DNA of 64,000 nt from Octopus sinensis (GCF_006345805.1 NC_043012.1:6448001-6512000); one strand, 5' to 3'. Positions 1-13,232 are shown, numbered from the stretch's first letter. Numbers and translations are program-made. The notes: generated by a model not told the origin, from the letters alone.

Positions 1-265
1 GTATACAGAAACTGAAAGAAACCTGTCATGTGTATATATATATATATATGTTTCTGTGTTTGTGTTTGTTCCCCCTCCATCGCTTGACAACAAATGTAGG
101 TGTGTTTAGCCCCCCTCCCGTAACTTAGCAGTTCAGCAAAAAAGACTAAGAGAATAAGTACTTGGCTTACAAAGAATAAGTCCTGGGGTTGATTTGTTGA
201 ACTAGAGGTGGTGCTCCAGCATAGCCACAGTCAAATGACTGAAACAAGTAAAAGAATAAAAGAAT
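1..265 (+). mobile_element. SINE family A, partial copy (3' part)
   Basis: Matches the dispersed repeat seen full length at 19891-20290 and 63158-63558 (cagaaactgaaagaa...cttgacaac...gaataagtcctgggg...cagcatggccgcagtcaaatgactgaaacaagtaaaaga). Boundaries approximate. Confidence 0.85.
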
Positions 266-635
266 ATGTATATCTTATCATCATCATCATCATCACTTTA
301 TTGTATTCACTTTTCTATGCTGGCATGGATCTGGTGGAATTTGTTGAGGCAGATTTTCTATAACATGATGCTCTTCCTCTTACCAACCTTCATTTGTCTC
401 CAAGCAAGGCAATGTTTCCACCACAACTAGACATATTCTTCCACAGAAGAGTGGAAATGAATAACATCACTTTCAATGATGGTGATCCTCTTTGACAACC
501 ATTACGTGATGTCAAGTATAAAAATTTTTTTAATTTGGTATAAGAAAATTTGGAATAGGTGTTCAGTAAAAGTTTCTGATAGTTGCTGCCCCAGCATGAA
601 AAATAACATTGCGTGTAAGTTACACCAGGTGCCTA

Positions 636-1050
636 CTTTAAATTGTAACAGTAGAGACACAGACACTTTGCTGCTTGACCAGTTAAGCTGAGGTTTACTT
701 CAGTTCTACAAAGTAAAAAAATATCAAAGGAAAAAGAGTATTGGTTTACGTGAAAGTGAATTTAAAATAAGATATGCTAACTACTAGTCTTCTTTCTGAC
801 ATGTAGATAAGAAAGAAACCTGTAAGTTAGCTGGCCATATCTGAGTCCCGAAGGCTAGCAATACTCCACACACAATCAAGGAGAGCATCATAGAAGGATT
901 CATGCCATATGCTAATGGATCAAGGAGTTGTAAGCTTTGAATACTTAAAAGAACTCATATTCCTTTTAAATCTAAGAAATTCAACGATCTACTAAATTCT
1001 AGATCTGAAATTTTTACTAAATGCAAGCAACTGGATACATTTTTATTATT
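636..1050 (+). mobile_element. Degenerate Penelope-like element, GIY-YIG endonuclease C-terminal remnant
   Basis: Manual translation across stops and frameshifts gives NCNSRD...IGLRESEFKIRYANY*SSF*H...LAGHI*...MPYANGSRSCKL*...LLNSRSEIFTKCKQ. This follows the PLE endonuclease pattern (IGxxExxFKxRYxNHxxSF; PYxxGxxxCxLC; LLNxRSEIxxxCRH). Confidence 0.72.
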
Positions 1051-1479
1051 GAAATGGAAAACACACCCTCTTCAGATAAAGCATGCAGTATCACAAATTT
1101 TAAACTTTTCCCATTGAAGTAACATTCTAACCATTGTTAGGTGCCATTCTAAGGAATTAAAAGGACACGATTCTTGTCTCATTCCCCTTCATGCATTGTT
1201 ATTTTCCTTTTCCTTTATTTTTCTTTTTACCTCTCTTTCTTTCTTGTTCTTTCTCACTTTTCTCAGAGAGCATCCATGGTGTATCTTGAACTTTAATGAA
1301 TACCCAACAATATGTAGAATGTTATGCAAGTTCGTCAGACTAATGTATTATTAGATGCATTTAAATCCTGCATATATTAAATGATGGCCATGTATATGTA
1401 TCATTATATGTATGTGTATGTGTACGCACATATATGTATATACATGCACAATCTGTATACACGCACACACATATATATG

Positions 1480-1516
<37 letters not shown>

Positions 1517-1832
1517 AGATTTAACTAAGGTTATGTAGGAGAAAGTGACAGATTTATAACAAATATGGTGTATTTAGATTCATAAACTGATTAACAAAAA
1601 TAAATAAAGAATTCATCTTTTAGGAAATAAAGCTACGCATGACCGAATGAATATTCTTTGGCATGTATATAGACTGCAATGCATGGATGAGTTCAAGAGT
1701 GTGTACTTTAATTCCAAGTCCCATGATCAAATCTCTTCCATTGTGTAACTCGTTCTTATTCTCTTTTTCTGTCTTAATTTGTATCTCTTTGCTTTGTTAC
1801 TGCACCTCTTTCCCCTACTTTTTTTATCTTTC

Positions 1833-1870
<38 letters not shown>

Positions 1871-1952
1871 CACACATGCGTGTGTGTAAATTCATATTGT
1901 ATGTATATATACAAATATATATATATGTATGTTATAATATACATATATATAT

Positions 1953-1988
<36 letters not shown>

Positions 1989-2055
1989 CTATATATATAT
2001 ATATTATATATATATATATATATATATGTATGTAGTATGTATATATATATGTATA

Positions 2056-2105
<50 letters not shown>

Positions 2106-2850
2106 ATATAAGATATATATATATTTATGTATATATATATAGATATGCACATATGTTATATATTAATTCAGATTACATATGCAAGCATACATGCATACAA
2201 ACATACACACACACACACACATACACATATTGTGCGAGTGCATATGTTTTGCATGTAAAAAGTAACATTTTTCTTATGTTCATGTGCACCAATGTGCATT
2301 AATAATGTGTGCGACTGTATAAATAAATATATAATATATATATATATATATATATAATATATATATATAATATATATATATATATCAACACATGCACACA
2401 AAAGTGTACACATTTATATTCATAATATATAAATACATACACAAACAAAAGTAATATGTGTACTTTATTTTGGATTGTGTGCATACATGTAAATGAGTAT
2501 CTATGAAAACAAAACTCAGAAATACACACATATTGATGTATATAACTTCAGACGCTCAACTATTCATTAACACAGTCAAACACAAAGTGATATAGACTCA
2601 TTAGGCTTTGTAAATTAATTAATTTTACTTCAATGGTTTATTCCGATGTTTCTATTCCTTCACTGTCACCCCACCCCCACAATTTTTATGTATGTATACA
2701 TGTCTATATAGTTGAAGTTAATCAAATTAATTACAGAATTCTCTCTCTCTCTCTCTCTTTTTCACTTCTTTGTTTTACTCTTCTATCTACCTGTCTGTCT
2801 GTTTATTTGTGCAATTTTCAATATCTCTATGTCAGTGTTTTATCATCTGG

Positions 2851-2926
<76 letters not shown>

Positions 2927-3052
2927 TTATCTATCTATCTACCTACCTACCTACCTGTCTGTCTGTCTGTCTGTCTACCTACTTACCTACCTACCTACCT
3001 ACCTACCTACCTACCTACCGATCTACCTACCTACCTACCTACCTACCTACCG

Positions 3053-3139
<87 letters not shown>

Positions 3140-3140
3140 A
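2851..3140. repeat. Compound tetranucleotide microsatellite (CTAT)n-(CTAC)n-(CTGT)n-(CTAC)n-(CTAT)n, left flank of the LINE
   Basis: Read directly from sequence. Confidence 0.95.
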
Positions 3141-5619
3141 ATCTAAGCGGCATCGCATCCGACGTTTTGGCGGCGAGGTTGGCCCTCGACCAACACTTCA
3201 ACGCCAAACACGAAGGATGTGCTGTCAGAGCTAGGATGCGTGCTCTAAGGAACGAAGGTGTTGGAGCCGCGAGAGAGGCCCGGGTGGCAGAGGCGCAACA
3301 GGGCAACAAAGCCACCATTCGGTCACTGGTAGATGAACAGGGGCGCGAATTGCTCGAGCCAAGTAAAATGTGTGAGGCCTTTCAGCAGCATTTTGCCCGA
3401 CTGTTCGGGACGAGTGGAGGGCAAGAACGTAGGGTAGACTTCAGTGCCTACCTACATAGCCTGCCACGACTCTCGACAAGGAAGGCAGGGTGCTGCGAAG
3501 GTGCCATCACGGCGGCGGAAGTGCGGGAAGCGATGGCAGAATGCTCGAGGGACAAATCACCGGGTTTGGATGGTCTACCCTACGAATTTTACTATTGTAT
3601 GCCAGACTTGTTTGGAGACGTCTTGGCAGCGGTATACTGCAACTGGCAGCAAAACAGGAGCATACCCGGTTTTGTGAGTCATGGAGCTGTAACTCTGCTG
3701 AAGAAAGATCCAAACAAGGGAAACATTATAGATAACTTTAGGCCAATCACTCTGCTCAATGCAGACCTGAAAATTTTGACAAAGGTGTTAGCCAAGAGGT
3801 TGGCGCTTGTCATGGAGAAACTGGTCGACAACGCACAAACGTGCGCCGTGCCGGGCCGGAGCATCCATGACAACCTCCATCTGATGCGCTACATCATAGA
3901 CAGGGTAGTTACGAACCTGGCATGGGTGGGCCCTGATCAACTTGGATCAATCGAAAGCCTTTGATAGGTAGACCATCGATACTTGGAGGCAGTCCTGAGA
4001 GCGGCTGGTTTCGGTCCCGTCTTCCGCGGCTGGATAGCTGCCTTGTACAGAGGCATCCGTTCGGTAATTCGCGTAAATGGACATCTATCGAGACCCTTCG
4101 ACATTGCACGTTCGGTCCGTCAGGGATGCCCCCTCTCGGCGCTTCTATACGTATTGACTCTTGAGCCACTACTGCGGAAGCTGGCGACTCTGAGGGGCAT
4201 CCCGCGAGAATTAGGATGCGGGACGAGCGTGTCTGCATATGCGGACGACGTCACCGTCATAGTGTCAAGCCACGAGCACATCGAACGGGTCGGCGAGAGA
4301 CCTGAGAAAGACTACGAAGCGGTGACAGGAGCAAAATCAACCGGGAAAAGTCAGTGGCTTTGCGCTCGGCACCTGGAGAAAGCAAGCCCATGCCGTCCAC
4401 CAGTACCTCCATCGTGGGACGCTGGACAGACGGCCCGGTGAGTTGCTCGGGGTCTGGTTCGGTCCGGACCTCCAAATGGAGAAGAACTGGAACGAGGATA
4501 ACGAGTAGGGTGGTCACTCTCGCCCAGCAATGGGCCGAGAGGAAATTGTCCCTAAGGTCGGGCGGTGGTGGTGAACGCGTACATCGCGTCCATCATCTAC
4601 TACCGCCTGACCGTCGTACTTGTCCCGACCCTACCATCACCAAAATAGAACGCATCCTCTTCCGCTTTTGTGGAAAGGATGCATCCCGATGGTCAGGCGA
4701 TCCATTTGCTGTCAACACCCGTTTAAAAGGAGGGCTGGGCATGCCGTGGTTGATGATGCGCAGACACGCGCTGAGACTGAGACATCTCCGGCTCTATGTA
4801 GACAACGGTGAACAGGGTGTTGGCCGTTGTGAGGCACGCATTCCCGCAACTCGTCTCCATGACCGAACTACAGTCGTGGATCAAAAAAGAGGCCGAAGAA
4901 GGGCGAATGGCACCGCGAGTGTCGCGTTGCTCTCAAGCAACTCTGCCCGTCCCGGGTCGACCTTGAGTGACTTCAACACAACCAAAGCATTCTATAGGGG
5001 ATTAGTGGAGGGGAGGTACGACGACGAGCTCGGGGCAAACCTGGGCGTCGACGAGGAATACCGACCCGCCTGTTTCAAACGACTTTCGGCCCGGGACCTA
5101 TGGACAACTTCCAGAGATCCCTGGCCTGGCGGTGCTACCGAGAAGCGTACCCGTTCGGGATAAGATTCTATAGGCATGGCTCGAGAAACACGGGGCCAAC
5201 CTGCCCGAGATGCGGGCAGAGCGACGAAACCGCTCTGCACGCAATCGTGCAGTGTCCTGCAATTTCCACCTGTGGGCTTATGTCGAACGACTGCTGTCAC
5301 GTGTGGGACGTGTCGGTTTATCAGCCGAGTCTATCGTTAATATCGTCACGCCTCCTTCCTTCAAACGGGAAGGAAGAGCTATTTTTATCATCTTGTGGCT
5401 TATGGCGAAAGAATGTATCTGGTGGGACGCGTCTGAAAGGATTAGAGCAAACACTTTCCTCTGGTCAATCTCTCATCAACTCTTCAAGTATCACTTGAAG
5501 AAAAAAGTGAGAGTTAGAGAGGCAAGTTTTGTCTAGTGAATGTTTTAAAAAAAGATGGGGTGAATGTAGCAAGGATGGCACGTATGAATGACGAAGCCAC
5601 CTTGACTATGATTCTATGA
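3141..5619 (+). pseudogene. Frameshifted LINE ORF2 (reverse transcriptase, zf-RVT)
   Basis: Pieces lie in supplied ORFs 2633-3964, 3983-4441, 4354-5163, 4620-4811, 5100-5498 and 5210-5536. Joining them needs several frameshifts; probable stop TGA at 5617-5619. Confidence 0.85.
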
Positions 5620-6012
5620 ACCGTAAAAATTAATACAGAGAGTTGCTTATTGCAAAAAAAAAAAAAGAAATATAACATGTGACTCATTGACCGAGGTTAC
5701 CGTGGTCTTTCCGTAGGCTTTTCTTTCCACGGGTAAACCTCCACCTGGTCCTCCCCTTTACACTTCTTATTGACATTTCTGTGATAACGATCCCTATTGA
5801 TCAATTTTTTTTTCCCTCTCCCCTTTTTTTTAACCCCCCTTTTTTGTCCTCTTTCTCTCCTTTACGATCCCTTTGATCGACCCCCCTTTTTATTTTATTT
5901 TATATTTTTTATTTTAATACTTTTTTTTTTTTTTTAAAACCTTCAAAAGAAAAGCTCTACCTTGTAATTTGTTCTATCTGTGTGCAGCCCTGTGTGGCTA
6001 ATAAAGAAACAT
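3141..6012 (+). mobile_element. 5'-truncated non-LTR retrotransposon, L1/Tx1 clade (RT + zf-RVT), with 3' UTR
   Basis: RT motifs KSPGLDGLPYEFY, FRPITLLNADLKIL, (D)QSKAFDRVDH, SVRQGCPLSALLYVLTLEPL and YADDV; C-terminal CPRCGQSDETALHAIVQCP knuckle. The element is markedly GC/CpG-rich against the AT-rich background. It has a pyrimidine/T-rich 3' UTR and AATAAA at 6000-6005, and lacks the endonuclease domain. Confidence 0.92.
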
Positions 6013-6137
6013 ATCTATCCATCTATCCATCTACCTAACCTACGTCTGTCTGTCTGTCTGTCTACCTACCTACTTACCTACCTACCTACATACCTACCTA
6101 CATACCTACCTACCTACCTTCCTACCTACCGATCTAG

Positions 6138-6180
<43 letters not shown>

Positions 6181-6196
6181 CATATATATATGTGTG

Positions 6197-6227
<31 letters not shown>

Positions 6228-6235
6228 TGTAACCA
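6013..6235. repeat. Compound tetranucleotide microsatellite plus (TG)n, right flank of the LINE
   Basis: Same block order as the left flank: CTAT/CCAT, CTGT, CTACCTACTTAC, CTAC, CCGAT, CTAT. Confidence 0.9.
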
Positions 6236-6293
6236 TATGTGAATTATTGGCGATATTTTTCCCTCTGTCTTCCTCTTTATTGGACTTTCCACT

Positions 6294-6328
6294 GTTTCTG
6301 AAGAAGAGCATTGCTCAAAGCATTAAAC
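6294..6328 (+). ncRNA. Degenerate type I hammerhead ribozyme motif (first of a tandem pair)
   Basis: gttt-CTGAAGA-A-GAGC att GCTC-AAAGC-AT-T-aaac. Helices I and II pair, but the GAAAC and GUH positions are mutated. Confidence 0.45.
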
Positions 6329-6457
6329 CATCTTTCTTTCCTTCCCTGAGTATCTGCTAATACTTTACATAATACTTTATATATATGTGACCTCGTGAGT
6401 ACCGCTGGCGATTTTTTTTCCTCTGTCTTCCCTTCTCTGGATCTTTCCTTCTCCTAT

Positions 6458-6492
6458 GTTTCCGACGAAGAGCTCCACTCGAAACGTTAAAC
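6458..6492 (+). ncRNA. Type I hammerhead ribozyme motif (second of a tandem pair)
   Basis: gttt-CCGACGA-A-GAG ctcca CTC-GAAAC-GT-T-aaac. Helix I is gttt/aaac, helix II is GAG/CTC, helix III is the palindrome ACGT; U4 is changed to C. Confidence 0.55.
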
Positions 6493-6594
6493 CTTTCTTC
6501 TTCCCTTTTTTCCTGAGCGTCCAATAATACTTTATTTGTTCCACGTCCTTGCGTTGTTGTGTCTTTATGTTTTTTTGTGTTTTCTTGTTTGGAT

Positions 6595-6629
<35 letters not shown>

Positions 6630-7094
6630 AGAGAGAGAGAGAGAGAGAGATAGATAGATAGATACATACATACATAGATAGATAGACAGATATAGATATA
6701 TGTATGTTTGTGTGTATGTATATGTTTGTGTGTCTGTGTTTGTCCCACAACCATCGCTTGACAACCGATGTTGGTGTGTTTACATCCTGGTAACTTATCG
6801 GTTCGGCAAAATGAGACCGATAGAATAAATACCAGGCTTACAAAGAATAAGTCCTGGGGTCGATTTGTTTGACTAAAGATGGTACTCCAGCATAGCCACA
6901 GTCAAATGACTGTAACAAGTAAAAGAATAAAGAATATTGGTGTTAGGAAGGGCATCCAGCTGTAAAAATCTTACTAAAACAGTCACACAAATCTGGTGCA
7001 GGCTTCTGCCTGGCTGGCTCTCGGGAAACTGTCCCACCCACGGTAGCATGGAAGGTGGATGTTAAACGATGATGATGATGATATATATATATAT

Positions 7095-7345
7095 ATATAA
7101 ATGTGAAGGTGCATGGATTAGTGGTTAGTGTGTTGCGCTCATGATTGCAAGCACTTCATTTCACATTGCTCGGCACTCATTTTGTCATCTGACATGTGGT
7201 TCGCGGTGCACCTGTATAGGTAATGTCGATTTGATGGAGGGCATCAGCTTATGTGAATGCAAACATTTGATCACTATAAACAAATTATCTGAGTGGTTGT
7301 TTGGTAAGAAATTGCCAAACCCTCATATGTCGTCTAATGACGGGA
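7095..7345 (+). mobile_element. tRNA-derived SINE, family distinct from A
   Basis: Head gtgaaggtgcatggattagtggttag resembles a Pol III A box; flanked by (TA)n. Confidence 0.5.
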
Positions 7346-7480
7346 GAATCCAACATATATATATATATATATATAAAAATTTTATATATATATATACACA
7401 CATATATATACATATATATATATATATAAATTATATATATATATGTATATTAATTATATAGATATATATATATATATGTC

Positions 7481-7892
7481 TTTTATCTTTTATGTTTACT
7501 TGCTTCAGTCATTTGACTGTGGCCATGCTGGGGCATTGTCTTGAAGAATTTTCTGTTGAATGAATCAACCCCACTAATTATTTGTTTTTAAGCTTGGTGC
7601 TTTCTTTGTTAGACACTTTTGCCAAACTGCTAAGTTACAGGGGATGTAAACACACCAACATTGGTTGCCAAGTGGTGATGAGGGACAAACACACATGCGT
7701 ACACACACACACATATATATACACAGACAAACATGGGCTTCTTTCAGTTTCCATCTACCAAATCCACTCATAAGGCTTTGGTCAGCCTAAGGCTATAGTA
7801 GAAGTCACTTGCCCAAGGTGCCACACAGTGGGACTGAACCAGGAACCATGAGGTTGAGAAGCAAATTTCGTACCATACAGCCACACCTGCAG
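7481..7892 (-). mobile_element. SINE family A
   Basis: Reverse complement of the family consensus (tRNA-like head with ggttcagtccca B box, TA/TG linker, conserved tail). Confidence 0.85.
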
Positions 7893-8955
7893 TTATGTAT
7901 ATAAAGTTACATATATATAATGTTGTCATGGGATCAAATACTCAAATATAATGTTGTTTGCCATGGAATATGAACACATAGTCCACATTTTAGTAATCTA
8001 AAACTATATCCATAATTCATATTTTCAGGTAAAAGATTGAATGAAACACCATTATCCTTTTAATACTGGAATATAAACCACAAATTCGTCACAAAACAAA
8101 AAAGGTATAAACCTTAACAATTTTGCTTCTTTTCTTTTCTGTTTTTTTTTTTTGTTTTGGTCATGGTAAAGAGACTTTTGATGATATGGTACTAAATTGA
8201 TGCAATGAAAAATTATTATTATTTATTTGTTTATTTGTTTTACTTTATTTGAATTTGAATTTTTTGTTTTTTTTTTGTTTTCAAAATGATACTGAACATC
8301 ACAGAAAATATATGTGCATCACATGGAATGTTGCATATTGAGATGAAATCTGCAGAAAACAATTACTCGCCATTAGATTTTAAAAACGGTAAAAAAAAAA
8401 CAAAACAAAAAAAATGGTAAACGATGATAACGAATATGAGTTTGCCCATCTTTGAACTGGAATTCAGGAGTAGAACAACAGAAGCTTGATGAAAAACCGT
8501 CACACACACACACACACACATGAAAAGGAAGAAGAAAAAAATTTGGTTGTAAAAATTCCATTAAATTAGTATTTATGTCTTTGGGATTAGCAAGGGAAAA
8601 TCTTTGATTATTGCTGTATATGTATTTAGATGTTAAAAAATATTTGGAAAAACAAGTTGAATTGTTGAAGAAAAAAACCCCCAAAAAACTCCAGCTTTAG
8701 AAAGAAATATTACCAAGTTTGTTACTGCTTAGATATTTTTGGTTACACTGTAATAAAATACACCTGATGTTCAAATAAAACTGGTGCATATTTTATAACC
8801 TATTTAAAGAAACGATACAGAATTAATTACATATTAGTTTTTTTTTTTAAGATGAAATATTTGCATGTTCAAATAAATATAATATATATATATATATATA
8901 TAATATATAATATATATATATATATATAATATATATATATATATGTATGTATATA

Positions 8956-8987
<32 letters not shown>

Positions 8988-9474
8988 ATATGTATATATG
9001 TGTATATTATATATGTATGTGTGTGTGTGGTGTGTGTGTTTATACATACATATGTGTGTTTTGCATACATAAATATATATATATATATTAAAAGAGCAAT
9101 AACCCTTGTAATATGCATATACACCCATTAGCTCCATTTCTTCTACCTTTGATCACATTGTTTACATAGGGGTATTCATATATGAAACATCATAACTTTC
9201 AGGACTGGCTCTAAATTCTATAGAAAATCTATAGGGATAAACTTAAAAAGGAGAACATTGCACTGCTAACAGGAAAAGCAAGATGAAATATTGACTTGTA
9301 AAGCTTTAATATACTTAGAAGTATATCATAGTTGCAACACAAAATACTGTGTCATTTCTAGCAATTAATACATACATACATACCTACTTACCTACCTACC
9401 TACCTACCTACCTATCAATCCCACTCTCTCTCTCTCTCTTTATTTATATAAATATATATATATATATATATCAG

Positions 9475-9870
9475 CATCATCATCGTTTAACATCTGTTTT
9501 CTGTGCTAGCACGGGTTGGATGGTTCGACTGGGGTCTGGACAGCCAGGAGGTGGAACCAGGCTCCAGTCTGATCTGGCAGTGTTTCTACAGCTGGATGCC
9601 CTTCCTAACACCAACCACTCCATGAGTGTAGTGGGTGCTTTTTACGTGCCACCGGCATGGAAGCCAGTCAAGGCGGTACTGGCATCGGCCACGTTCGGAT
9701 AGTGCTTTTTACATGCCACTGGCACAGGTATCACAACTACAATTTCCATTTGATATTTATTTTGATGTTGATGTACTTGACTCAATAGGTCTCCTCAAGC
9801 ACACTAGGTCACCCTACGATCCAAACAGGTCATTCTGCAATCCAAGGTACTTTGGATGGGCTGGGGCTGC
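9475..9870 (+). mobile_element. Dispersed repeat family B (catcatcgtttaac...catgctggcatgggttgga...cagctggatgcccttcctaac)
   Basis: Related copies near 280-500, 6935-7080 (-), 11455-11730, 17810-18110, 25750-25820, 44940-45220, 48925-49135 and 59420-59680. Often begins at a (CAT)n run. Confidence 0.8.
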
Positions 9871-10074
9871 TATGCAAAACTGGTGCAGGAAACAATATAT
9901 ATATATATATGTGGAATCACAATGCTTCAAGTGAATTACTATGCTCTTATATGTATATGTTTGTGTGTGTATGTGTATCTTTCTATCTATCTGTCTGTCT
10001 GTATGTATGTATGTATTCTATCTATATCTATCTATCTATATCTTATCTATTTATCTATCTATCTATCATCTATC

Positions 10075-10115
<41 letters not shown>

Positions 10116-10136
10116 TATATATATATAATATATATA

Positions 10137-10202
<66 letters not shown>

Positions 10203-12219
10203 GAGAGAGATTAATGATAGATAGATAGATAAATAATAAGTATATGTATGTATATATTTGAAATTTCAGAAAAAAACTTGGTAAGTACACCATCATCATC
10301 ATCATGACCACCACCACCACCACCATCACTACTTCTGCCACCATTATCTTCATCACTGCCACTATCATCATCGTTAACATCATTTTTATTATTCTGTGCT
10401 GACACAGCTGGAAGCCGTTCCTGTTGCCAACCCTTAACTGTTTTCTGAGTAAGGTATTTTTCACCCGGTTGGTTGTTACATGATGAAAGTAATGGAACTG
10501 TTGAAATTACAGGACTTCTACTCACAAGAGTATATATCCATGTATGTGTGCAGGTATGTGTATGTGCACAGGTATGTGTATGTGTGTAGGTATGTGTATG
10601 TGTGTGTGTGTATTCATGTCTGGTCATTATGAAAGAGTTGTAAAAAAAGCATTTGTATCATAGAAACAAGGGTGTCATTCATTTCCAATCTTCCATAAAA
10701 ATATGTCTGGCTGTAGAACATAGAAAAACCTGCCTCATCAAATTCTATCTGGCTTATGCGAATATGGAAACACAGACATTAAAATGATGAGGATGAGTAT
10801 AAGGATGATGATGATGATGATGTAATTACTTCTTATTTTCTGCAGCAATGTATTTATAGAAACAACGAATTAGGGCAGACAATGTTACTTTTGTTGTTGC
10901 CGTTGTTTTTGTTGTCGTTGTGGTGAACGTTAATCTAAAAATGATAAAGAGGTAATCGTTTCTCTTTGCTTTCTATACAAACTAACGAAACCGATGAAAA
11001 TTGGCTTCAAGTAACAATTCCAAATTACAAGTGATTCAACCTTTAACAGAACGGTAATTAGATTTCATCCAGAAACTTCTATTTATTACAGGAATTTCTT
11101 GTTGCAAAAACTCTATTTTGTTGTCGTGTCTTAGGAACGAAAGTAATTTAATAAATCTTTTTGTCGTTGCTGTTTTTAGTTTCCGTCCTTTTCCACTTTT
11201 GGTTCCTATTCACAGACTGACAGCAGGAGGACAGAACTTGTCCCCCTGCACTCAAGAGTTTTTCGCCTTTGATCTGCCAATAATGGCTATCACCAATTTT
11301 GTGGTACATTGCTCTGATTATATTTCATTTTATTATTTATATTATTATTTTATTTTAATTGTAATATTTTAGATTCAGTAATTTCATATATTTCTTCTCT
11401 CTCTCTCGATGTAAAATACAAACTGCTTGTGGTTTGTATGAAACTGATGTATTTCATCATCATCATTGTTTAACATCCTCCTTCCATGCAGGCATGGGTT
11501 GGACGGTTTGACAAGAGCTGGCCGGGCAGGAGCCTGCACCATGTTTCTGAGTTTGTTTTGGCATGGTTTTTATGGTTGGATGCCCTTCCTAACACCAACC
11601 ATCCCATAGAGTGGACTCAGTGCTTTTTACGTGGCACTTGCTCAGGCAAGGTCAGTTTTAGCAAGGTTTTTACAGCTGGATGCCCTTCCAAATGCCAACC
11701 ACTTGAACTGGGTGCTTTTTACGTGGCACTCACATTTTATTGTTATATAATCTTGGTTGTTGTTTCCCTGAAAGAACTGGCCTATGATCAAATGTGTTCC
11801 GGCCATGGCCATCCCATCTGTTTGTATAGCTATGACATTACCTAATGTGTTTTCAACTTTCTTGAAAAGAGTATGGTGTGATCTGAAGAGATTTGGATGC
11901 TGTTTCCAGTAGGCCAAGAGACCACCAAACTTTTCTCCCCGTTATATTTAGGGACTAGGATTAATCTATTCCCTGGTTTTACACAACTAATGAGCCTATG
12001 ATAACTTCTTCCTTCCCTCCCATCAATCTCAGGGTTCTCTGAAAGGGTTCATAGGTATTACCTTTCATCTATGAATAAGTCACTGAATAAAAAAAAAAAT
12101 CGCCATCATCTTCATCATCATTGTTATTATTATTATTATATTATTATTATTATTATATTATTATTATTATTGTTGTTGTTGTTATTATTGTTATTATTGT
12201 TATTATTATTATAATTGTT

Positions 12220-12665
12220 AAGGTGGTGAATCGTTACCATGCCAGGTGAGTGCTTAGCGGTATTTCATCTGTCTTTAATTTCTGAGTTTGAATTCTGCTA
12301 AGGTCGACTTTGCCTTTCATCCTTTCAGGATCGATAAATTAAGTACCAATTGCATACTGGGGTCACTCTAACCGACTGCCCCCCCTACCCCTCCAGATTT
12401 CGGGCCTTGTGCTTAGAGTAGAAAAGATTATTATTATTATTATTATTAAGGCGGTGAGCTGGCAGAATTGTTAGCATGCCCAATAAAATGCTTAGTGGTA
12501 TTTCATCTGTCTTCACATTCTGAGTTCAAATGCTGCAGGGGTTGACTTTGCCTTTCATCCTTTCAGGGTCGATAAATTAAGTACCAGTTATGCACTGGAG
12601 TTGATGTAATCGACTTAATCCCTTCCCCAAATTTGAGGTCCTGTGCTTCCAGTAGAAAGGATTAT
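12220..12665 (+). mobile_element. Two tandem copies of SINE family C (aaggcggtgagctggcagaat...gagttcaaat...gcctttcatcctttc...gtcgataaa)
   Basis: Other copies at about 25170-25405 (-), 35605-36620 (-), 48355-48535 (-) and 54720-55105 (+). Usually bounded by (ATT)n. Confidence 0.8.
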
Positions 12666-12702
12666 CATTATTATTATCACTATAATGATTATTACTATTA
12701 TT

Positions 12703-12738
<36 letters not shown>

Positions 12739-12763
12739 GTTGTTGTTGTTATTATTGTTATAA

Positions 12764-12812
<49 letters not shown>

Positions 12813-13194
12813 GATATCCTAACACTCAGAATAATTGGCCTTGTGCCTGAATTAAGAATTATTTCAGGATTGATAAAATAAAATACCAATTATGCCCTGG
12901 GGTTAATTTAAATGACCAAACCCCTTTTCCCAAATTGCTAACCCTGTGCTTAAATTAGAAATTATCATTTTTATTATTATATGTCTACAGTTGTTTGTGC
13001 CTATGACTGCATGCATCCATATATTATTTTGGGGGAAGGCAACAATGTTTGTGTGTGGTGTGGTTATTACTTCCCAACCACATGGTTCCAGGTTCAGTCC
13101 CACTGCATGGCACCTTGAGCAAGTGCTTTCTACTATAGCCTCATCCCGACCAAAGCCTTGTGAGTGAATTTGGTAGACAGAAACTGAAAGAAGC

Positions 13195-13229
<35 letters not shown>

Positions 13230-13232
<3 letters not shown>

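Noticed and set aside
1663-2529. ORFs rich in YI/IY, HT, CV, YLSI and LS throughout the window
   Set aside because: They are translations of (TA)n, (CA)n, (CTAT)n and (CT)n microsatellites, with no coding signature.
2633-3140. N-terminal part of the 443-aa ORF
   Set aside because: Read-through of microsatellite; LINE homology starts only at about 3141.
7989-8110. Plus-strand exon-like segment (attttcag ... AAG|gtataa)
   Set aside because: Stops in all three frames; at most non-coding.
11216-11303. Exon-like segment LTAGGQNLSPCTQEFFAFDLPIMAITNFV
   Set aside because: Good acceptor but weak donor, and its phase does not join the next candidate exon; not supportable alone.
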